Origin: Candidatus Hydrogenedentota bacterium
Lineage (GTDB): Bacteria > Hydrogenedentota > Hydrogenedentia > Hydrogenedentales > SLHB01
Assembly (NCBI GenBank): GCA_045863295.1
Contig: BTWA01000016.1
Location: 31,058-95,057 of the forward strand
DNA length: 64,000 nucleotides
Reading direction: 5' to 3'
Part shown: positions 57,012-64,000 of the stretch, piece by piece
Layout: each line of letters opens with the position of its first letter
Numbering within the stretch: the stretch's first letter is position 1
Made by a program: the position numbers and the translations under genes
Notes under the pieces: model-generated
The model's database searches: none
Seen by the model: the letters and a program-made list of their open reading frames with translations, nothing else
What the model was told of the DNA's origin: nothing

Positions 57012-57788
57012 TCAGAACAACTCGATTTTGGTTGCCGCTACATCCCCCCAGGGCTGAAATGAGCCTGTCACGCGCACGGGCCGGCCCCGCGTTAAATCGG
57101 ACGCGTCGCCCGTAGGATTCGCCCCGTCGCCCGGCAGAAAAATGCCGGCCGCGCTGTAGTTCACATGCAGGTTTCCGCCCGGGAGGGCAAGGAAAAACTC
57201 CGTTTGCGATGAAACGACGGTGCCAACTTTACCCACGGCTTGTGCGGTCACGGGCAAATTCGATATGAGGGCTTGCGGGGCAAAGGTGAGCTCCGGGCCG
57301 GTTTGATTCACATCGAGGCTGTTCAGATTCACTTGAATGATGGACTGCCCGGTGCCTTCAAACGGAATCAGACCACTGATGGTTATAGGGTTTCCATTGG
57401 TGAAGATTGCTTCCGTATGAACGGTACCCAGATCGTTGGCGAATACCAGTTCCAAGGCCGACACGCGCAATTTGATGCTGGAGTAGTTGCCGGGATTAAT
57501 GAGCGAGAACCCCAATGCCGGCGGCACGCTGATGGAGGCCTTGAAATCCAATTCCAGCGGTTGATTGTAGATAACCGTTTCCACGTTTGACGCGTCTACC
57601 AATGACACTTGATCCACAGTGACTTCCATGCGATCCACTGCGGCACCCGCCAGGTCGGTCAACGTAAACATGAGCAACACGCCGTGTTGGGTGTTGGTCA
57701 GTAGTGGGCATCCGGTAGTCATCAGCAGGCAGATTGCGGCTGCGATTGTCCCCAGAATCCCTACCGTACTCCTTTTGAACTGCCTCAT
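57012..57788 (-). CDS. Putative lipoprotein (DUF4382/DUF5666-like beta-rich domains)
   Basis: Lipobox-like LLMTTGC; ...LTD.....MEVTVDQVSL...PGNYSSIKLRV; C-terminal G..VRVTG...ATKIEL. Confidence 0.65.
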   Translation of the reverse strand: MRQFKRSTVGILGTIAAAICLLMTTGCPLLTNTQHGVLLMFTLTDLAGAAVDRMEVTVDQVSLVDASNVETVIYNQPLELDFKASISVPPALGFSLINPGNYSSIKLRVSALELVFANDLGTVHTEAIFTNGNPITISGLIPFEGTGQSIIQVNLNSLDVNQTGPELTFAPQALISNLPVTAQAVGKVGTVVSSQTEFFLALPGGNLHVNYSAAGIFLPGDGANPTGDASDLTRGRPVRVTGSFQPWGDVAATKIELF

Positions 57789-57967
57789 GGCATTGCACTC
57801 CAATGGTCTTTCGGCTAAAGGTCTCCGGATCCAATTTCCGGGCTGGCAGTTTCCCCTACCCCTGTTGCGCGAAATTCAATGCCTGCTCGGGTATCCTACC
57901 TGCAATCCGGGCCGTTGTGCCAGACGATGCGGCCCCTTCACTTCCAACTTCACCAGGAGGAATCACG

Positions 57968-58729
57968 ATGCCATCGGAATCCTGCCCTGTCGTCATTGTC
58001 ACCGGCGGCGGCCAAGGCATTGGCAAATGTGCTGTACGTCGTTTTCTGGAAAAGGGTTACGCGGTCGTATTCGCGGAGAATGACCCGGAAGCCGGGCAGG
58101 ATACGGAGTCGGAACTTAAGGACTTGGGTCCGGTCTGTTGGTTTGCTTGCGATGTTGCTTGCGAGAACCAAGTCGGGGCACTCGTTGCGGAAACGGTAAA
58201 GCGGTACGGCGGCGTAAACGTTTTGGTCAACAATGCGGCGATTGCCGCGAACGGCTCGCTGGAGACGCTCAGTTTGCAGCGCTGGGATCGCGTCCTCGCA
58301 GTGAATTTGACTGGACCGTACCTGTGCGCCCGGCACGCTGTGCCTTACTTGCGCGATCGCAAGGGGTCCATTATCAACGTCGCATCCACCAGGGCGTTTA
58401 TGTCGGAAGCCGGCACCGAGGCCTACAGCGCCTCCAAGGGGGGCATCCTTGCGCTAACGCACGCGCTCGCGGCAAGCCTCGCGCCCGAGGTGCGGGTAAA
58501 TTGCATCAGCCCGGGTTGGATAGAGACCGCCGAATGGAGGAAATCGTCCGAACGCGGGACCGCGAATCACTCCGAGGCCGACCGGATGCAGCATTGGTCG
58601 GGCCGGGTCGGCACGCCTGATGATGTCGTATCGCTCATGATGTACTTGGCTGGAGCCGAGTCGGGGTTCATCACGGGGTCGAATTTTGTTGTGGACGGCG
58701 GCATGACGCGGAAAATGATCTACGCTTGA
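57968..58729 (+). CDS. SDR family oxidoreductase
   Basis: IVTGGGQGIG, LVNNAAI, NVASTRA, YSASK catalytic motif, VNCISPGWI, VVDGGMT. Confidence 0.95.
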   Translation: MPSESCPVVIVTGGGQGIGKCAVRRFLEKGYAVVFAENDPEAGQDTESELKDLGPVCWFACDVACENQVGALVAETVKRYGGVNVLVNNAAIAANGSLETLSLQRWDRVLAVNLTGPYLCARHAVPYLRDRKGSIINVASTRAFMSEAGTEAYSASKGGILALTHALAASLAPEVRVNCISPGWIETAEWRKSSERGTANHSEADRMQHWSGRVGTPDDVVSLMMYLAGAESGFITGSNFVVDGGMTRKMIYA

Positions 58730-58747
58730 GGGCCAAGGGTACGGGGG

Positions 58748-61700
58748 CTACTCGGTGCCCTCGAACTTGAACCCAATCGCGTCGGCTAGCGCAAGCACCC
58801 CGTCGCGTGCCCCATCCGTGTCGAACCCGTCCAAGCTGTCCTGTATCCGGCGCAGCAAATCGCGGTGCGCACTCCCTGCGAGCAGCCCCTTCAAGGCCTC
58901 CGCCTCGGACATGGCCTGGCCCAGGTCATGCTCGAGTGAGGCGTACAGACGCAAGGCGGCCGCCTGCACGCGTGCCGGGTCTATCTTAGCGTCTCCCACG
59001 GCAACGGCTTCCCCCTCTACTGGAAGGGCTTTGTCCAACGATGCCGCCAGCGCTGCCAGCGCCGCGGCTAGCGGGGCGTGCATGTTCTCGTCCCCTGGAT
59101 TGCCGCCTTTCTTCAGGTGGGTTTCCATGGCCGCGGCCGCGCGTTGAACCTCGGTAGCGCCGATATTGCCGGCCACGCCTTTCACCGTATGAGCAAGTCG
59201 CACTGCGTCTTCGTGCTTGTTTTCTTTCGCCATTCGCAGAATACGGGAAACGCTATCCGCATAGCTTCGGCGGAAATTGCGCAGAAGATTTACATAGAGT
59301 GCCTTGTTTCCGGCCACTCGCCGGAGCCCATCTTCTAGATCAATGCCTTCCACGTGATCTGGAAGCGCCGTTTCGACAGTGGCCGACTCTGATTCAGGAA
59401 CGGTGTCCCGGTTGCCCAAGCCCTCCCGGTGCCTGACCCATTCCATCAATGCCGTATACAGGTTGCTTGGATCGATGGGTTTAGCCACGTGATCGTTCAT
59501 GCCTGCATCCAAACATTTTTGCCGGTCGCCCGCCATGGCGTTTGCGGTCATTGCGATGATGGGCAGATCATTCCAGCGGTCTTCCGCACGCAATCGGCGT
59601 GTCGCTTCGAAGCCGTCCAACACAGGCATCTGGCAGTCCATAAAGACAATGTCGTACGGTTTGGCGTGTACGGCATCGATAGCTTCCTGGCCGTTGTTGG
59701 CCACTTCGACTTCCAGCCCCGCGCCCATGAAGAGCTCGATCGCGACCTGTTGATTGATCTCGTTGTCTTCGACTAGAAGCACCCGCGCGCCACTGAGTTT
59801 TTCGCGAACCATTCGCTCTCCGTCGCCAGCCCGATCGGCCTTCAGCGAACTGGAAATGCGTCGTCCAAATACGGACATGATGGTATCGAACAGCGTCGAC
59901 TGACTCATGGGCTTCAGCAATACCGCATCCAACCCGGATTGTTCCACGCGGTGGATCACGCCTTCGCGGCCGTATGCGGTGACCAGAATGATGCACGGCA
60001 CGTGATAGAGCGTGTCATCCTGCTTGATTCGGAGTGCGGCATCCACGCCATTCATTCCAGGCATTTTCCAGTCCATCAGAATAAGATCGAATTCTCTCGA
60101 TCCGCGCGCGTCCTCAATTCGATCGAAGCCCTCTTCGGCGCTTGATGCAACCACTACTTCGTAGCCGAACGACGAAAGCATTTCATCCAGAATCTGCAGC
60201 GAGTCCTCGTTGTCGTCGACTACCAACACTTTCAGGTTACGCAAATCCGGCGCCTGCAGCATTACCGGCTGGGTCTTCTCTTTCGAGAGCTGAAACTCTG
60301 CCGTAAACCAGAAAGTGCTGCCTTCGCCCTGCCGGCTCTCCACGCCAATCTCGCCTTTCATCATTTCGACAAGCCGCTTCGATATGGTCAGTCCCAGGCC
60401 GGTGCCGCCGTAGCGGCGAGTGGTGGAGCTATCCGCTTGTTGAAACGGCTGGAAGAGTCGCGCTTGTTGATCCCCGGTCATGCCAATGCCGGTGTCTTTG
60501 ATGCCAAAGCGCAGGCGGCAGGAGTTTCCAGAGCGCTCCAGCACTTCGGCTTCGACCACGATCTGTCCTTGTTGCGTAAATTTCACCGCATTGGAGCACA
60601 GATTGATGAGCACTTGCCCGAGACGCAACGGATCGCCCACCAAATCGCGGGGTATTTCGCGGGGCACGCGAAATAAAACCTCCAGATTCTCCCGTTCCTG
60701 CGCCCGGGCCGTGGTGACATTCGCGAGATTGTCCAACACGGTATCCAGATTGAAGGGAATGGCTTCCATATCCATCTTGCCCGCTTCGATTTTCGAGAAA
60801 TCGAGTATGTCATTGATTATGCCGAGCAACTGATTGGAGGCGCCTTGAATCTTCTGCAGATAATCCCGCTGTTTTGGCGACAAGTCCGTCTTCAATGCGA
60901 GATGCGTTAAACCAATCACCGCATTCATCGGCGTGCGAATCTCGTGCGACATGGTTGCCAGAAAATCACTCTTCGCTTTATTGGCGGCGTCAGCCGCTTC
61001 CTTGGCTTCCGCCAGTTCTGCCTGAATCCGTTTTAGATCGGTGATATCCGTCGACATTCCCCCGGTGGCGACCACCTCGCCCTCAGGGCCAAAAATCGGA
61101 AACTTCACCGAAATATATATCCGGTTTTCTCCGCGAACCGGAATGATCTCCTCGGCTTCGATGGGAACACGGCCCTCGATCACTTCGTGATCGTTTTTCC
61201 GGTACAGATCCGCGACGTCTGCTGGAAACAGGTCGTAGTCGGTCTTGCCGGTCACCTCGGCATCATGGATCCCAATAACCTCCCACTGTTTGTTCACCAG
61301 CAAGTAGCGCCCGTCAACCTCCTTCGCATAGATAAATGCCGTGCTGTTGTCGATGATCCCGCGCAGAAACTGCCGGTTCTCCTCCAATTCCTCTTGCGCT
61401 TTGACTTGATCCGTGATGTCAAAGTGCAGGCCGGTTAACACGCTCGCGACGCCGGACTCGTCTCGAATGAAGAATCCAGACACAAGCGCGTGTCTAATTT
61501 CACCATTGGGCTGGACGATTCGATAGGTCAATTCCCAGGTAGAATCGGATTCCACCGCGTGTCGATAGCTTTCCTCCGCGCGGGCTCGATCACCTTCAAA
61601 TAAGCGGGCTGCCCAGTCGTCGTATGTTCCGTGAAAATCCTCGGGGCGGATTCCGTAAATTTCCAGCGACCGTGCATCCCACTCGAGTTTCTGTTCGCGT

Positions 61701-63097
61701 ATGTCCCAGTGAAACGTCCCCGCTTTGGCCCCGGCGAGCGCCATCTTCAACCTGCGTTCACTGTCTTGAAGCGCCTCCCGGGAAAGGTGTTGCTCCGTAA
61801 TGTCACGCGTCACCACAACGACATGAGACACTGTCCCGGTCTCATCCGTAAAAGGAATCAGACTGCAGTCGCAGTACCGCTTTTCTGACTTGCCTGCCGG
61901 CAACCAAACCTGATAATTCACACGCCCGCCCAACAGTGCCTCTTCAAGCGGGCGCCTAAGCTTTTCAGAGTAGGTTGCGTGTCCCCATACGTCGGATACG
62001 TGCCTGCCGATGGCCTCTTGGCGCGAAAAGCCGGTATCCCGGCACCAGGCATCATTGACCGCGTCGTACACGCCGTGCCGGTTAATGAAACTCATGCGTT
62101 CCTGTACGGTATTGACGATGAACTCGTAGCGCCGCATCAGGCCTTCGGCACGGCGGCGTTCCCGGATTTGCCGTTGCAGGCTTGCGTTCCATGCGCCCAC
62201 CAACAGCACAACGGCAAGGCCAATTGCCACCGCAATTCCGATATAGCGCAGGATCTGCTCGGGCGCAATGCCGTATTCGAAGCGCACCGAAATCCATTTG
62301 TTGTAGATTGCGTCATGATCGGCCTGCGTCATGGAATTGAGCGCTTTTTGGAGGATGGGCACCATTTCCGGCCAGTCTTTTCGCACGGCAACGGCCATTT
62401 CCGCGCGTTCGTATGGCGTGGGTCCCGCCACTTTCAGGTTGGCCAGATTCAACGTTTCGGCGAAGTAACTGAATACCGCTACATTTCCCAGAAACGCGTC
62501 CGCCCTTCCCACAGATACCGCTTGAATGGCCTCGGATTCGGTGTTCGTCTCGTACAAATCCACCAGCGGCCTATCGGCTGCGAGGATTTCATGGGTGTAG
62601 TACCCTCGGGGAACCGCCACTGTTAAGCCGTCGAGATCTTCCACCCGGTGAATATTGGCGTTTTCCGTTCGGGTCACGATGACCAGCGGAAAGGACAGAT
62701 ACGGCTTGGTAAAGGCCAGATATTTCGTGCGGTCCGCTGTAATTCCTACGCAAGGAAGCATATCCAATTCGCCGGACTGGATCTTGAGCAGGGCATCGGT
62801 CCAAGGGATGCCCGGCACCCGTTCAAATTGCACACCCAGCCGGCCCGACAGGACGTCGAGATAGTCCGCCACGATCCCTTGAAACTGGTTGTCCTCTACG
62901 AACTCAAACGGCCGCCAATCCGTTTCGGCGGAAAAGCGGATCACGGGATGATCATTCAGCCAGGCTTTTTCCGCGTCGGTGAGCGTGATGGGGCGAGAGG
63001 CGGCAGCCGGATCCTGTGCGTACACAAAGTACGGCACTGCCGCCTGGCCTATCGCCAGCGACACGAGGAGTATGATGCTACGAATGCGTATCCACAC
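58748..63097 (-). CDS. Hybrid sensor histidine kinase (periplasmic SBP_bac_3, TM, 3 PAS, HisKA, HATPase, 2 REC, Hpt); BvgS/EvgS-like architecture
   Basis: Solute-binding domain (WRPFEF..G..ADY), [28 protein letters not shown], two receivers (MDWKMP, MDCQMP), Hpt [13 protein letters not shown]. Confidence 0.96.
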   Translation of the reverse strand: MWIRIRSIILLVSLAIGQAAVPYFVYAQDPAAASRPITLTDAEKAWLNDHPVIRFSAETDWRPFEFVEDNQFQGIVADYLDVLSGRLGVQFERVPGIPWTDALLKIQSGELDMLPCVGITADRTKYLAFTKPYLSFPLVIVTRTENANIHRVEDLDGLTVAVPRGYYTHEILAADRPLVDLYETNTESEAIQAVSVGRADAFLGNVAVFSYFAETLNLANLKVAGPTPYERAEMAVAVRKDWPEMVPILQKALNSMTQADHDAIYNKWISVRFEYGIAPEQILRYIGIAVAIGLAVVLLVGAWNASLQRQIRERRRAEGLMRRYEFIVNTVQERMSFINRHGVYDAVNDAWCRDTGFSRQEAIGRHVSDVWGHATYSEKLRRPLEEALLGGRVNYQVWLPAGKSEKRYCDCSLIPFTDETGTVSHVVVVTRDITEQHLSREALQDSERRLKMALAGAKAGTFHWDIREQKLEWDARSLEIYGIRPEDFHGTYDDWAARLFEGDRARAEESYRHAVESDSTWELTYRIVQPNGEIRHALVSGFFIRDESGVASVLTGLHFDITDQVKAQEELEENRQFLRGIIDNSTAFIYAKEVDGRYLLVNKQWEVIGIHDAEVTGKTDYDLFPADVADLYRKNDHEVIEGRVPIEAEEIIPVRGENRIYISVKFPIFGPEGEVVATGGMSTDITDLKRIQAELAEAKEAADAANKAKSDFLATMSHEIRTPMNAVIGLTHLALKTDLSPKQRDYLQKIQGASNQLLGIINDILDFSKIEAGKMDMEAIPFNLDTVLDNLANVTTARAQERENLEVLFRVPREIPRDLVGDPLRLGQVLINLCSNAVKFTQQGQIVVEAEVLERSGNSCRLRFGIKDTGIGMTGDQQARLFQPFQQADSSTTRRYGGTGLGLTISKRLVEMMKGEIGVESRQGEGSTFWFTAEFQLSKEKTQPVMLQAPDLRNLKVLVVDDNEDSLQILDEMLSSFGYEVVVASSAEEGFDRIEDARGSREFDLILMDWKMPGMNGVDAALRIKQDDTLYHVPCIILVTAYGREGVIHRVEQSGLDAVLLKPMSQSTLFDTIMSVFGRRISSSLKADRAGDGERMVREKLSGARVLLVEDNEINQQVAIELFMGAGLEVEVANNGQEAIDAVHAKPYDIVFMDCQMPVLDGFEATRRLRAEDRWNDLPIIAMTANAMAGDRQKCLDAGMNDHVAKPIDPSNLYTALMEWVRHREGLGNRDTVPESESATVETALPDHVEGIDLEDGLRRVAGNKALYVNLLRNFRRSYADSVSRILRMAKENKHEDAVRLAHTVKGVAGNIGATEVQRAAAAMETHLKKGGNPGDENMHAPLAAALAALAASLDKALPVEGEAVAVGDAKIDPARVQAAALRLYASLEHDLGQAMSEAEALKGLLAGSAHRDLLRRIQDSLDGFDTDGARDGVLALADAIGFKFEGTE

Positions 63098-63186
63098 GAC
63101 CGATGCGACCTCATTCCGGTACCCAGCCGCGACACGATGAGTAGGTTTGCTTGGGCGCTTACCGGCAAACCCAGCATAGCACTATC

Positions 63187-64000
63187 CTACGCGCGGCGCA
63201 GCAATGCGTAGCTGCACGGCGCGAGATATACATCGTGCCCCGATGTCGTCGTGTTTTTGGAATTGGAGCTCAGCGTGGAACTTTCCCAGTTCAGACCGTG
63301 CACGTTGACTTCCGCGGGTTGTTCGCCGTAGTTCACGAACACAAGGGATTGGTCGAAGACAAATGAAGCCACACGCGAGGGCGCCTTGATATCGAATCCC
63401 AGAGGGCCTGTCGCCGTATGCCGCAGGTAATCCAGCACGTCTTTGGGAATGCCCAGCAATTCGGACGGCACGGGAACGTTGAGCTGCTCGCGAATATCAA
63501 ACGCCTCATGGCCAAACGTGCCTAGATTCCAGACGATGGCTCGCCCGCCGCTCGAATATGCCTTGGCGGTGACAAACGGCGTGCGCAACGTCTGGCCGTT
63601 GGCTTCTCCAAATTCGGCCCATGACAGCACCGCAGCACCGGAGGGAGCCAGATCGCCGGCTACGTGAAACGGCTCGTCGGTCGCGTAGCGAGTGCCGTTG
63701 ATTACGAAATGCGATACAGCGCCGCGAGCCCGCTGAAGTCCGGACGACCGGTACCCGAAGAACTCTAATAGATCCGGGTAGGCCGCCATGCGCTCCAATG
63801 CCGAAAACGTGGCAATCACGTGGCGGCCCGCGACAAGCGCGCGCGGAATGGCTTCCCGCACCCGTGCATCCGCTATTCCGTGCGAAGTCACCAGGGTACA
63901 CCGGTGCGTCGTTGACATTTCATGGGCTGGAACGCATGGTATTCCCATCATCCCGAGGTAATCGAACAGGAACAAATCCCCGGCGCCATCAGCATGCAGC
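63187..64000 (-). CDS. C-terminal part of a hypothetical protein (gene begins beyond the right edge)
   Basis: Frame is open from position 63999 (LHADGAGDLFLFDYLGMMGIP...) to the stop at 63187. Confidence 0.7.
   Translation of the reverse strand, partial: LHADGAGDLFLFDYLGMMGIPCVPAHEMSTTHRCTLVTSHGIADARVREAIPRALVAGRHVIATFSALERMAAYPDLLEFFGYRSSGLQRARGAVSHFVINGTRYATDEPFHVAGDLAPSGAAVLSWAEFGEANGQTLRTPFVTAKAYSSGGRAIVWNLGTFGHEAFDIREQLNVPVPSELLGIPKDVLDYLRHTATGPLGFDIKAPSRVASFVFDQSLVFVNYGEQPAEVNVHGLNWESSTLSSNSKNTTTSGHDVYLAPCSYALLRRA

Noticed and set aside
58748-63097. 1449-aa hybrid kinase as unusual
   Set aside because: Its domain order matches well-known BvgS/EvgS-type unorthodox kinases.

Overview
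The window has two parts. (1) Positions 1-6296 are the right-hand end of an integrated mobile island, lower in GC by spot counts, that abuts the 3' end of a tRNA-Asn(GTT) gene (6282-6357, minus strand). From the left edge the island carries: the N-terminus of a sacsin-like GHKL ATPase (missing from the ORF track because it runs off the window), a CopG/ribbon-helix-helix gene with a perfect 16-bp palindrome upstream, a conserved island-type hypothetical protein, an att-like relic, an excisionase-like HTH protein, a protein made of 8-aa repeats, an IS3-like orfA remnant, and a translationally coupled pair. That pair is a non-catalytic HTH + 'Recombinase'-domain fusion followed by a full large serine recombinase whose last four codons and stop lie antisense inside the tRNA. 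(2) Positions ~6400-64000 are GC-rich chromosomal DNA of a glycan-degrading bacterium. A Planctomycete- or Hydrogenedentes-like source is only my impression of the gene repertoire. This part encodes GH95-like, GH28, heparinase II/III, sulfatase and sialate O-acetylesterase enzymes, propeller proteins, a voltage-gated Na+ channel, a Ser/Thr kinase, an ECF sigma fusion, several histidine kinases, ftsY, a PilB/GspE ATPase with tandem MshEN motifs, an HDOD protein, a MutS-like ATPase, a YtrA-like ABC operon and an 11-heme c/b cytochrome. I found no CRISPR array or rRNA. All family calls come from motif recognition by eye; no database searches were run.
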